Below, in pieces: positions 1 through 12,089 of a stretch of DNA of 64,000 nt. The translations under genes were made by a program, and so were the position numbers. The number at the start of each line of letters is the position of its first letter. Within the stretch, counting starts at the first letter, position 1. The notes beneath the pieces are model-generated. The model did no database searches. It was not told where the DNA came from and worked only from the letters and a program-made list of their open reading frames with translations. The stretch comes from Rhizaria sp. SCN 62-66 (Eukaryota): positions 1 through 64,000 of the forward strand of contig MEDY01000048.1 in the NCBI GenBank assembly GCA_001724265.1. Direction: 5' to 3'.

Positions 1-2301
1 GCACTGGCGAAGGCCCGGTTCAAGGAGGCTGATGCCGAACACGAGGTGGCAGCGGCCAAGCTCAAAGTTGCTGATGCTGAAGTCGGCGTTTCTCTAGCCA
101 AATTAACCCCATCAAGCACTCATGACCGGCTGCAGTTAGCACAAAATGCTCTAGATAAGGCCGAGAGCAAGTTGTTGCGTCCGGAGGAGAAGCTGAATAG
201 GGCCGTTCGCGAACGTGAGAATGCTGAGAAAAATTTAAATGATACGGACAAGGAACTGAATGCAGCCAATGCAGTGCTGATAGAGAAGACAGAACAGGAG
301 CAGCAGACGCGTCTGGCTGAAGCCAAAGTCAACTTCGCAGCGTTCGCCCAGTGTAAGCCCAATATGAAGTGGGGTACTGTTAATGATGTTAGGGGTAATA
401 TCAAACTCCTCCATACCCTTGAGGTCCCGAAGATCCCGGATAGCATTGGCATCATGCCCCAATTTCCTTTCAGGGGCAAAGGTCACAATGAACCCGTTCG
501 TCTGTTGATGTTGCGCGTGTCACACTATCATCTTTACAAGACTATCTTGGTTCAGATGGCCGTGTCCAAGTTAATCCATGCGGGGACTAAGTATGAGTTT
601 TTTGGAACTGAAGACTTTGGGAGGAAGTATCTCGTGCGCGGCCCGCCTGGCACTGGAAAATCAGTTATGCTCAACCTTCTCTGGTATGTTGCGCTTTTCG
701 AGCTTGGGATGAACGTCATTTGTCACAAGGCAGGCAAATCCATCCATCTGTATCGTCACGGCAGTGGCACTGTGGAGCGCGTTGATCGAGACCGCGTAGC
801 AGACTTGTTAACCGACTGGAACATGGTGTATCTCTTTGATCCTGATGAGGGGGAAGTTCAGCCGGTTTTCGACGAGACCCATAGGGGGACCAGTATCATT
901 GCGACATCACCAAACGTCAAACACTACGCCAATATTCTTCCTCACCCTGACCGCCTGCCTAAAGACGTCTGCATCATCCCGATGTGGTCGTATGCCTGGA
1001 CAGACGAGGAGATCGCCGCGGGACTTAGGACTTTGGGTAAAGAAGTTTCACCCGAGGTGGAGAAAGCATGGGGCGCGGTCAAGGGCAACTTCCGCTATGC
1101 CTTAAACGCTGCATCGACTCCGCGGGTTTTTAATGAAGACTCCGCAACAACAGAGTTAACTAGCGCGATTAAAAATATGAATGTGGATGACCTCGGACAA
1201 TTGGCAACAGCCTCCTCTGTGGATGCGCTTGTAGATATGTTCGCCACTGGTGTGCTTCGAAGTGGCCTTCGGCTTTCTCATACCCTTGTGACGCAAGAGG
1301 CACCACAGTTTGCACGAAATGTGTCATCAAAAATAACCGATCTTCACGAGAAGCTCGAATCCGAAAAGGTGCAGGAACTTCCTGGGTTAATCGAAGTACT
1401 CAAGAATGCGGAGGATTCTAAGATCGTGAAAGGCTTTGCAGGTGGTCAGATGACAGCACGGCTCTACCACTCGCATTTTTCCCTAAAGATGGCAAATGAG
1501 AATGCTGCCATGCTCCTGTACAAGCATGCCGTAAGCAAAGGACTTGGTAGCGCCATTCTCGAGATGCTATCTCGGTTATCACCATCGGGCCTTGGATGCT
1601 TGTACGAGACTGTGTTTCTTTATGGGCACCACCCGTACCCGTACCGTATTTTTGACTACAAAGGCCTCCAGATGGCGGACACAATTGATTTGTCGGAGAT
1701 GTATCGCTCCGTGTCTGGAGATGAGCTCAAGAGCGTGACGCTCTTCTCTCTCGATGGCACTGTTTACGAGGCCGCTAAGACGGCCGCAGAGACAGTGAAT
1801 GCGGCCGATGCGTCGCCCAAAGAGCAGCGTGGCCAGCCGCCTTACCAGTTGCTCGCGGACAAAGTGGCCGAAAACATTAATGCGAAACGAAGTATTAACT
1901 GGCGTTTCGATCCTGTGAGCCTGAGTCACCGTAACTTCGACTTCTACGCCTCCGTCCGCCCGTCTAATTCCATGTACCTGGTCCGTGTCGTGATGTCTCA
2001 AATCACAATGTCTAAAGATCACACATACCGTCCTGGCGAAATGTACCAAATCGCTCAAAAGTTCAAGATCACCTTGGCACAGAAGCTGGGCTGTCACCAG
2101 GAACAAATTGAAGTCATTGTCCTAATTTTTTCTCTCAATAATCATGTTGTGATGAAGAAAACCGAGACCATTGTGACGCTGGAGGATCAAAAAAAGAACT
2201 ATGTGGGTGTGACGCAGGAAGACATCAATAATGGCAAAAAACTCATTTTCTTTGTTAACACTAACAACATGGACAAAACTGCAAAAACTGCGAAACAGTA
2301 A
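1..2301 (+). CDS. Crinkler/RHS (CR)-type protein: N-terminal coiled coil, P-loop NTPase and C-terminal restriction-endonuclease-like domain; 5' end lies outside the window
   Basis: Frame +1 is open from nt 1 with no introns. Walker A YLVRGPPGTGKS (~628-663), Walker B-like VYLFD, then IIATSPN..HY and PMWS..W..EE, as in CRN/RHS NTPases. C-terminal FDFY...SQITMSKDH (~1936-2022) resembles the D...QxTxxxxH REase motif of these families. Confidence 0.7.
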   Translation, partial: ALAKARFKEADAEHEVAAAKLKVADAEVGVSLAKLTPSSTHDRLQLAQNALDKAESKLLRPEEKLNRAVRERENAEKNLNDTDKELNAANAVLIEKTEQEQQTRLAEAKVNFAAFAQCKPNMKWGTVNDVRGNIKLLHTLEVPKIPDSIGIMPQFPFRGKGHNEPVRLLMLRVSHYHLYKTILVQMAVSKLIHAGTKYEFFGTEDFGRKYLVRGPPGTGKSVMLNLLWYVALFELGMNVICHKAGKSIHLYRHGSGTVERVDRDRVADLLTDWNMVYLFDPDEGEVQPVFDETHRGTSIIATSPNVKHYANILPHPDRLPKDVCIIPMWSYAWTDEEIAAGLRTLGKEVSPEVEKAWGAVKGNFRYALNAASTPRVFNEDSATTELTSAIKNMNVDDLGQLATASSVDALVDMFATGVLRSGLRLSHTLVTQEAPQFARNVSSKITDLHEKLESEKVQELPGLIEVLKNAEDSKIVKGFAGGQMTARLYHSHFSLKMANENAAMLLYKHAVSKGLGSAILEMLSRLSPSGLGCLYETVFLYGHHPYPYRIFDYKGLQMADTIDLSEMYRSVSGDELKSVTLFSLDGTVYEAAKTAAETVNAADASPKEQRGQPPYQLLADKVAENINAKRSINWRFDPVSLSHRNFDFYASVRPSNSMYLVRVVMSQITMSKDHTYRPGEMYQIAQKFKITLAQKLGCHQEQIEVIVLIFSLNNHVVMKKTETIVTLEDQKKNYVGVTQEDINNGKKLIFFVNTNNMDKTAKTAKQ

Positions 2302-3348
2302 ACACGGATGCTGCTGACAGCTCGTCCAGCAAGCGTCTGTTGGTGGTCTTTCGTGCCCAATCACTGCCTCCGACTTCGCCGCCGCAGTTGCCGCTGTCGC
2401 TGCTCTGCGCGCGCAGCTCCACGAGCGCTGCGACGCGAGGGCCGGTGCCACGACCGCGGCTACCACGGTCACAGTCACTCCGACCGGCTGTGGTGGACTG
2501 CGTCACGCTGCGACGTGCTGCCACTGCGGGCGGCAACAACGCTGCTCAGGCCACGATGGTCGCGCTGCGCGCGGCCCTGCGCGTTGAGGCCGCCGCCCGC
2601 GGTGAGCCCGCTCGCTTCCGCGACCGACTCCTCGGACTGGTCCTCAAAGTAACACTAACACACGAATTGGTAGACAGATGGTGTACATATAGACCTGATT
2701 GAAATTGTTATGTAACCAACGCAACAATGACATATACACGAATTACTTCACAAACGATTATTTTTATCTTTGATTTTACTGTCACACGAAGATCGGTGAC
2801 TGGACCAGCAATCCAAGTATCACAGTAACATAAATACGCTAATTAACGACATGTATGCACAAGTTAACCCAAGAACAAGCGGATGCTTTGAAATGGTGCG
2901 TTCGTTCAAGCCCTGTATTAATATAAAGTGGGTGACATAGCCAGAGAGCACATAGTCACCGGCTTCACCACAAGAACTGACGCTGCCTCAGCTGTGGCGG
3001 AACGAGAGCCGGAGCAGGTCACAAGTGTCCGCGCGCGCGTTGTCGCCTAACCTACTGCAGCCGTGCTGCCACTGGTAAGAGTGACGTCGCGGCGACGCGA
3101 GGGCGGTTGCGGCCACGACTCCCGTTGTTACTTTCGCTGTGGCAGGCTTTGCCGGTGGTGCCGCCGGGGTCAACAGCAAGTCATCATTGCCATATGCAAA
3201 CTTGAAGCGGTCGATTGCGGTCATAGCAGCAGCATTGCCTCTGGCGCCGTTGCTTATTTTATCCATAGCGTTGCTGCCAGCGCCGGCCTCGCCACTGTAG
3301 TCGGAGCTGTTCGTGGTCGTCGTGATCGGCGGAGGCATTCAAAACTCT

Positions 3349-4389
3349 TTAGTTAAAGCTCATGTGCATGTGTGCTACAAACCCATGATTAGCGTGCGCA
3401 TTCGCCATCATTATTTGTTGCCCGCGGAACTGACCTATCGCATCAACATCAAAGCCGTTGTTGTTGTTATTGGCGCCGTTAGAACGCATGAGTGTGAAAC
3501 CTGCGCCGTTGTTACGGTGGTTGTGATTGCTCGGGGCACTGAACGCAGCGACAACAGTGCCTGAACCCGCGTCAGCCCTGCCGCCGCTGGGCTGCGGCGG
3601 CAGAGCTGTGGGCACGTTGGCCGGCTCCGGAGGCGTGATCTGGATTGGTTGTGACTGTGAGGGCGAGACGCCGCCAGGACTGGATAGACGCGGGTCAAGG
3701 GGAATGTTCTGGATATTTCCTCCGTTAGCGCCTAAACAAGTAAAACGCATTGAAAGGATGAGTGTGCACTGTCAGCTTTTCATCACTGGATGTAATTAAG
3801 ACGACAAGTAGTTTATGTTAGTTGTTTGAGCAATATGCCATCACGACGTACCGTTGATATTGTTGCCAAGGATGCCAGTTCCTCCGATAAGACCTAAAAT
3901 CAAGTTAGAGTGTTATAAATGCATGTTGGAACACTATGTTCATGAGTTAACAGCACTGTAAAACTGCGTTCGTTAAGTTTCATTGATGTTTCATGTACTA
4001 ATAGATATGACGAAAGTTCACGTACCGACCAGTGGTTGAATTAGGCCTCCAATCAGGCCTGCGGGCCCGCCTTGGCCACCGCCAAGAATCCCACCTAAGG
4101 GACCACCAACGCCACCAGGTCCGCCGCCGCCGTTAAACCCACCGGGGCCGTTGTTAAAGCCACCTTGGGGACCAGCGCTGTTGAAGCCTGCCGGTCCGCC
4201 GAAGCCGCCGCCAGCGCCAGCGCCGCCAAAGCCTGCTGGACCGCCAGGAGGGCCGCCGGGGCCGCCAAAGCCGCCACCAGGAGGACCGAAAAGACCCGGC
4301 GGCGGGCCGGGTGGACCAAATTGAGCGTCAACCGTGTGGACAGTGAGAACAAGGACAATCGCAGAGAGCAGCGCAACTAGGCGTACCAT
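3349..4389 (-). CDS. Secreted Gly/Pro-rich low-complexity protein, 3 exons (4389-4026, 3893-3852, 3731-3349), ~262 aa
   Basis: Signal peptide MVRLVALLSAIVLVLTVHTVDA then QFGPPGPP and GGP/GGF repeats. Two phase-1 GTACGT...TAG introns (132 and 120 nt) join ORFs 4018..4389 and 3349..3750 in frame through a 42-nt exon (GLIGGTGILGNNING). Confidence 0.7.
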
Positions 4390-4928
4390 GTGTCTGCTGC
4401 AACCAACACAAGCGTAAGCAACATAATATTATGAGGGAATTAGATTGAAATAATATCACAGAGGAGCATATACACTGGGCAGCTTAGCCAGAAAATAACA
4501 CTTCTTTTCATCGTCTGCAAGACGTTGCATTCTGTCTTTTTGATCGGCTGCCGACTTGCTTCAAGTGATTTATTGTCGTTGTCATCAAGCGGAGTTGAGC
4601 ACCGGGTTACCACGCCACTTTGAAGAGTAGACACACGTTATGCAGTGCAACAGTGCACTGTGTTACATGATACTGATATCATTAAGTTTATAAGCTGACA
4701 AGTCTCATCGCATATATACTCATCAAAACAATGCAATGCAACACATAATATTTATTTAAGTTGAGCGATTTGAACTTCAAGTCTGTCTTCGTGTTAAACG
4801 CGCGCAAAATAAAAAGGGAACATAAAATCAAATGTCTACGCATTGTTTTGATTCATATCCGGATCGTAAAACCATCACACACGTGCGTCGTCATTGCTCA
4901 ATCTGCAAAGTCACTGTCACGAGCTGAG

Positions 4929-7476
4929 TCACGGCGTCGCAGTCGGAGTTTCCTCAGCGTGTGACGACAACTTTGCGGAAAACCCACCTGCAGCGCTGGT
5001 GACGTTGGAACTCGTGTCCGCCTGCGCAATACTGCTAGCAGGGACGAAAGTGCGGCGCTTTGCACCGGCGCTGTGCGTGTTGTTGACGCCGGCCGCAGCC
5101 GAGTTAGCCACGGGCGTGATGTAGCTCGACGGCGACATCGGACACATAAACGGCTCGATCGTCGGCGACACCGCCGCCCCATACCCCGCGGAACACGTGG
5201 CACCCGTGTTGCCCGCGACTGCGGCGCCATTGTTGTTGTCGGTGTTACGATAGCAGTGCACGTGCGCGTACCCGCTGTTGCTGTTGTCGGACCGCGCAGG
5301 GTGCGGCCGCCGCTGCTCGCGCCGGTCCTGCTCAAGCCGCAGCGCACGCAACCCGGCGCTAATGCTGAAGTCTGCCGCGAAGGGCGTCAGCGCAGATAGC
5401 GTGGACGTGGCGGCCCAGGCGAGCCCGCGCGCCCACCGAGTCAGCGTGTAGCGGTCAGGATCGCTTGCCTGCAGCTGCTGCAGCTCGGTGACCGCAGTCA
5501 TCAGCGTGGTGTGCGTGAGGTCGCGCAGCTCGGTGCAGGCACGTTCGCTCTCCTCTTGACCAGCCCATGCTGAGGCGTCGATCGGCTGAGGGAAGAGAGA
5601 AAACAATAAGGATAGATTTGACAGCATAAAGTAAGACATGCACAACAATTTAGCAAATAAAACAGGTTCGTCACATGTTTATGACTTATAATGCAAAAAT
5701 CGCAATCAAAAGATGAAATTTGTGTTGTTTTTCGACGTACCTCGCCGATCTTGAAGTACCAGCGCTGCCAGTGCTGAGGCCACGGGATAGCAATCGGCAC
5801 AGACACTGGCGTTGAGCCGTCCGTGTGCTTGTTCCTTACACCGGAAACAATCTTGCTTCCTGCGGCTGGTACTTTGCTGGAGCTGAGAGAGCTCGACACT
5901 GCCCCTTGAGCAGTCGCAGCGTTCTCAGTGCCCGCAGCGAGAGTACCAGAACTCGTGCTGCCAATGACGCCGGCGTTAGCGTTGGCAGCACTGTGCAAAG
6001 TGGCGGCAGCAGTGCTCGACCGCATCGTCCGCGGGTTATGCGGTGGAGAGAGTATGTCCTGGTCACTAGCTCCGCCCTCACCGTCACCCAGCGCAGTCGC
6101 TGCAGCTCCCGCAGTCACCGCTACCGCAGTCTCTGCCCCTCCATTAGTCACACTGTCACTCACACGGGCACTGGCAGCGGCGGAGACGGCATCGGCGGCG
6201 ACCTCGGCGGCAGTGACGACGGTCAGGTCCTTGTTGCGGCCCCACAGCCACTCGAGCGACACGTCGGCCGCGACAGGAAACGTCTCGCTCGCGCCGACTG
6301 ACGCGACCGGCACAACGACGGCGCCTGTGGCGATGGCGAGCTTCGCGAAGCCGAGGCGGCTGCCCCAGTAGAGCTTGTAGGGCGGGTCATCGGCGCGGCG
6401 CATCACCTCGCGGCCCCCGCCAGGGTACAGCAGCAGAGACCAGCTGACCAGTGTTGCACATGCGCATATAGCACAGACCAAGCAATTCAAGTTTGAAGAT
6501 ATATGAGTACAGATTTGAAATGTGAAAAAGACATGCAACAAGGCGGTGTAAACCGGTTTTGTGACTATCAATTCAAAACACACATGTTCAAGTGAGATAA
6601 ACACAATTTAGCTGAGTATGAAAAGTGTCGTACCCGCGGTTGAGGAGCTCCTCGCACGTCTCACGAGTGCCAGGGAAGCCGCCAATAAAGCGGATAGCGT
6701 CGCTCCAGAGTGGGAAGTTAAAATGTCCTAAGCAACAAACAGACACAGACGAGGGAAATAAGTTATGAAACAGTGCATGAGCGAATAGACGTCTATGATT
6801 CCAGTTTGCACTTTAGTAGTCACACATGGCGACTTAACTTTTGACTCGAGAGCGGGAATATAAGTACCTTTGTGCGCGACGCCGCGCATGAACATGTCGA
6901 GCTTGGTGCAGAGACACCACTGCAGCAGCAGCATGTCCACGCCGAGTGTTGCGTGGTTGCCGATGAAGATCAGCGGACGCCGCTTCGTGTGCACGTTCGT
7001 GTGGTCGCGCTCTAAGTGCGGTCTAAGGGGATACTTAGACAGCGCGGAGCGGAAAGTGGTTGACGCAAGTGGAGTCCGGGCTAAGGGAGACACAAGCGGC
7101 ACAATGCTTGTGGTAGAGCTGACCTTGGTGTCGGTGTTACCGCTGTTCACAGGAGCTGAGGTACTGATGTCGCTGATGTGTGTGCTGTTATACTCACACT
7201 CTTTGCTGTCAGATGCACTGCCATCGTGGTTTACGCTGGCGTCACCGTGGGCATCAGTGCCAGCGATCGTCCTCGCACTCTTGAAGCTGTTGTTGTTGTT
7301 GTTATTATTATTAGTGTGACTTTCAGTGTTGATGCTGCACATTGGCGAGAAGGCTTTGAACTGATCGTTGCCCTTCAAGCCAGAACCAGTGCCAGCAGAG
7401 TAGGCATTCGCGTTATGAGCGCCATCAGTCGCGGTGGAAACGGTATCCGTGTTCACCGTTAGACCATTGCCAGCAT

Positions 7477-7523
<47 letters not shown>

Positions 7524-8766
7524 ACAGCAGAGCTGCTTACGCTAGCGCCGGTCTTGTTGTAAAAACTGCCGCTAATGCTTGCGTCACCAGCAGTAGGCGT
7601 GGTCGCAACCGAGCCCTTCGCCTTGCTGCGAGATGTAAGGGGTGGGATCAACGGAATCGGCTTGTGTAAGGGTGTGTGCGCCGTGTTGCTCAACAAGTCA
7701 AGCCGCACCTCCTCGGCACTCGGCCCTAGCGCCAGACGATCGCTCACGCTCACATAGCTCCCATTAATGGCAGCAGCAACAGCAGCGCCCGTCTCACCAG
7801 TTGCATTGCTATTGCTAACGTTTGCGAGCCCGTTGTGGTTGTAGGAAGGTGTGTTGCTGTAGCGGTCAGCCGCTTGTTGGAGTGCGTATGCTGAGGGAAA
7901 CGCCCCGTCGGCCTCCCTCTCGCTGCCGCCCCTAGCTGCGGCCGCCGACACCAGTTCCCGCCACGGGTACGGCCTGTTGTTGCGAGCGCTGATCACCGCG
8001 ACGCCGGTCACCGGCACGGCGTCCGCCGCAGAGGGCAGCTGGCCCAGCCAGCCCGTGTAGGGGGCCAGCCGCTCGAGTCCGACAACAACGGGGTTGAAGA
8101 GGAAGCTCTCGAGGTGCATCAGCGGGGCGAACAGCCCGCGCCACGGCAGGCGGTAGCTCAGCACGTCGCGAAGGTAAGCCGCGTGGTCGGCGCTTAGATA
8201 GGCCGCGGCGTTGTGGCGCAGCCGCCAGAGGAACGAGGAGCACGCGCGGGCGAGGGCAAACGCAAGGGCGGCGAAGATGAACTGACGGCGCGGGCGGGGT
8301 GAGATGATGGTGTTGAGGAGGAAGCGGCGCCATACTGGGAGGCTGGGGTCCGCGTTGGAGGCGGTGGAGACGAGGCCATGGAAGAGACCGCCGTTGTCGC
8401 GCAAGAGAGCCACAGTCGTGGCAGCAAGCACGGCGAAGGAGAAAGGTTGCGCGAGCTACGTAAGGAAAACAATAGGAGAGCAACAACAAGAGAGATATAG
8501 GCAAGAAGGTTTGTGAGACTGGCGTGGTGATGTGGCAGCGGATCAGAGCGAGTACCTTGACGAAAAAGGCAAATACAGGTGTGGTATAGTGAGTGACAGT
8601 GACGTACGTAGACCTGAGCGCGGTGAATCCATTTAAGTCCTTCCCAGCGCGAAAGCAGCTTGATATAGGCGGCGCGCCAGGTTGTGTCGACTGGCACCTC
8701 GTCCAGTAGCAGCACGGCAGCGCTGACCGCGGCAGAGGCGGCCAACACGCGGCGCGTCGTTGCCAT
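4929..8766 (-). CDS. TMEM68/DGAT2-like (PlsC superfamily) acyltransferase, 5 exons (8766-8608, 8455-6868, 6727-6634, 6443-5741, 5585-4929)
   Basis: Spliced product has PLIFIGNHATLGVD (HxxxxD), RGVAHKGHFNFPLWSDAIRFIGGFPGTRETCEELLNRG, LLYPGGGREV, WGSRLGFAKLAI, VVPVASVG and YFKIGEPID. All four introns are GTAC...AG and keep the frame. Confidence 0.85.
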
Positions 8767-9807
8767 GCCGGAACGCGACTGCAGAAACGCACAATAAACT
8801 TAGAGATTAGCTCAGTGTGTGTTCTTTGTTATATTTAAGCGGGTTTCCTTAGGGCACGAACGGGAAGTGGCAAGATCGAGAGGCAAAAAGAGGTTGGTTT
8901 GTTCAAGTCAGATCTGACCACAAACGGCTCAGTCGCGGGTGATGTCTGCTGCCCACAGTCAGTCCACACAGTCGCTTCAAGTTGGCTTTGCGTTTGATAT
9001 AGGTGCCCGTTTCGTTTTCAAAGTGTATACTTTAGCTTTACGCTTAGTTAGACTGATTTACGCTCTTCAAGTGGTTGCTCAGCTCTGGCGAGAGCATTCG
9101 TGGTGGGGGTGGGTGTTGTACGGGACTCAGTTATGATTGCCAAAGGACAAGATCGGAGGTTCCGGTAATGATATTCCGCCGCAGGTCGTAAGTGCAAGGA
9201 ATATATATGACGCCGCCGCGCTATTTGCAAGCGACTTCATATGTGCGAGTTACAGAGGTTTTGCATTGGATCTACACATTGCGGAGTTCGAGTGGGCAAG
9301 TTGACGTTAGCCAAATAATCCGTGAAGACAACCAGCAGGCACAAAACGACAGATAGACAAATCGTTCCCACAAAGAAATACATTGATAAACGTTGTCTAT
9401 TCTTAAGACACCAACGAAATTCCCTACTTTATACTCATTTTTGAAGTGCAACTCCACGGCGGTACCAACCGCGTGTGGCGGGCGGTGGGGGACTGGACCG
9501 ATAGTTGTTTCTGTCAACCTTCGCATCTCTGCATGTCCTCTGTCAATGCCTCTGACAATCACAGTTAGTGTATATACGACACTCAGATATGCAGTCTATT
9601 TATTGTGTTGCTTTCAGTCGTTAGTATCCCTCCGTTTCGCACCACAACCGTACTGACCTTCTTTCTCTCTTCGCTCTCCCGTCATCTCACTCCCTCCTTC
9701 TCTCACGCTTCATACATGCTCTTACTCATCCTACCACACCACTCACCGGATATTCCCTGCACGCGTATACAGCAAGGCGTTGCCTGCTCTGTCTTTGCAG
9801 CAGTCCA

Positions 9808-11632
9808 ATGCGCTTTGCGCCCCTAACCTTCATGGCCGCGCTCGGCGCCGCCCTTCTCCTCGCCACTCTCGCCAACGCTGCTGCCGCTGAGCCCGCCGTC
9901 GCCGCCGCCGGCACCGCGACTGCCGTCAACGGCAAGACCGTGCTGCTGAAGCGCCCGCAGGCGAACCTGATCCCGGAGCTCTACCCCGAGAAGTACCCCG
10001 GTCTCAAGGCGCGTCCCACCCCTGCTCTGGCACTGGACCAGTTGCCCAGCGAGTTCAACTGGTGCGCGCAGGGCTCCGGCTGCGTGTCTAACTGGCAGCA
10101 GCACCTGCCCAAGTACTTCCCGCTCTGCTACCTGCACGCCACGCTCACGATGGTGGCGGACCGCATCCGCCACGCGCTGCACGGCTCCGGTGTCCCCGAC
10201 GTCGTTCTTTCTCGCCAGGTACGCTCTCCTCCACCAACAAAAATCGAGTTATCTCAACAATATGTGCGCTTAGAAATGTATAACTTAACTTTTCAACTGA
10301 ATAGTAGTTTCACATTGTATATTTTGATTTTACTTCTAAATTCGAACCTCGATTTTCGTTGACTCTCTCTCACCCTTATACTATTCGCGAATGTGCGCGC
10401 GTCCCTCTCCAGGACGTCCTCGACTGCGCCGGCGCGGCGGGCTACGGCCAGGACGCCGGCGGCGGCGGCGAGGGCGTGGACGTGCTCGAGTACCTTCGTC
10501 AGCACGGCGTTCCCGACGAGACCTGCAATCCTTTCACCGGCAAGCTCGACAACAAGTGCAACGCGGAGCAGCGCTGCCGCAACTGCATGATGCTGCAGAA
10601 CGACAACCTGCCACACTGCTTCGACGTGCCCAACTTCGTCCGTTACCGTGTCACTGACTATGGCTTCCTCTCTGGCGAGGCCGCCATGATGACCGAGATC
10701 CAGGCTCGCGGGTACGTCAAAACTGAAAATTACACTAAAATGCATTAATCTCACAGCTATTAACATATACGAATCCAAATCCGAGATGTATTTATATTCC
10801 AGCGTTCCATAATCTAAATCAACTTCTATCTTTTTATTTCACGCCCATTATATATAGTCCTATCACGTGCGGTATCGCCGTCGACGACGACTTCTGCTTT
10901 AACTACCGCGGCGGCATCTACCGGGACCCGAACAACGCGACCGAGGTTGACCACGACGTTGAGGTCGTCGGCTGGGGCGAGCAAGCACAGATCAACGGCT
11001 CGGTGCTCAAGTTCTGGGTCATCCGCAACTCATGGGGCTCGTACTGGGGCCACAACGGGTTCTTCCTGCTTGAGCGCGGTGTCAACGCCATGCGGCTTGA
11101 GGAGAAGTGTCTTTTCGCGAACCCCGATGTGTCGGAGCTTAACGCGCACCTGGCGGGCAACTCTGTGGGCAGCATGTTCGGGCTCATCCCGCCCAGCGCT
11201 GCCCCGCGCATGCTTCCGCCGGGGTGGAAGCGCGCCAAGCACGACTTCATGACGGCCAAGGAGGTCGCGGCGGGGAAGAAGGAGGGCGAGGACGTCGACG
11301 CGTGGATCGAGGCCAACCTGCCTAACGGCCGTCCGGTGTCTTACGCCATGTACCCTCCTCTTGATGCTGCCGTGAAGCCCGCTGCTGAGGGCTCCGAGAC
11401 TGCTGGCGGTGTGGCGCTGCTGGCGACCGGCGCCCCCGTCACCACCGCCGCTGCCCCCGCTGCCGAGGGCACTGAGACAGCGAACAAGCCGTCTAGCAGC
11501 ATCTTCGAGACGGCGTGGTTTTGGGTCACCATTGGCTTCGCGGTCATCGCTGTGTGCACCTACTATTGCCTCATTCGCACTGGGCAGAGCCGCGGCTACG
11601 AGCCCATCAGCGACCGCTCTGCCACCGTCTAA
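9808..11632 (+). CDS. Cathepsin Z/X-like papain-family (C1A) cysteine protease with C-terminal TM anchor, 3 exons (9808-10218, 10413-10711, 10858-11632)
   Basis: Signal peptide; LPSEFNW; QHLPKYFPLCYLH (cathepsin Z QHIPQYCGSCWAH equivalent); LSRQDVLDC; GVPDETC; EIQARGPITCGI; DHDVEVVGWG (His); WVIRNSWGSYWG (Asn); TM segment FWVTIGFAVIAVCTYYCLI; tail GYEPI. Confidence 0.9.
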
Positions 11633-12089
11633 GTACCTCCAGCACTGAGTACGTGCACGCAATGACTTTGAGCTGTTGCGTACAAAAACAACAACAACAA
11701 AGAGCTACAAAGAGCGATCTGTCTTATTTCTTCAAGTTGATTTTCTATGAGTTGATTTTAGTAAATGAGTGAAATAGTATGATTTTTAGCAAACATATCC
11801 TCAGATGCTTGCTGGTCTAAATGAAATTAAATACAAAGACCGCAATATTATGATCTATTCCTTCGCTATCGAGTCGCAGTGACACAGCCGCAGTCAGGCC
11901 TCACGTCAGCTTGACGCTGGCATCGATTTATTTTTCATGTTACGCACCGACTTAGTGGGGGCGCAGTGCGGGTCTTGAATCGAGCATAACGAAAGATATG
12001 ATTGACGACGGTGACTCAATCTAATCTTAATAACTATTTTGAATCACTTTTTACTTCCGCCTAAACAACTAGAGCAAGCTAGGGGCGAT

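Noticed and set aside
2988-3338. 116-aa ORF just downstream of the Gly/Pro gene as a readthrough or extra exon
   Set aside because: Different frame, preceded directly by TGA, and no splice combination I tried joins it; no recognisable domain.
11938-11990. Possible tRNA or structured RNA (GTTACGC...GCATAAC stem)
   Set aside because: Too short, with no T-loop or anticodon arm consensus. No tRNA, rRNA or CRISPR array was recognised anywhere in the window.
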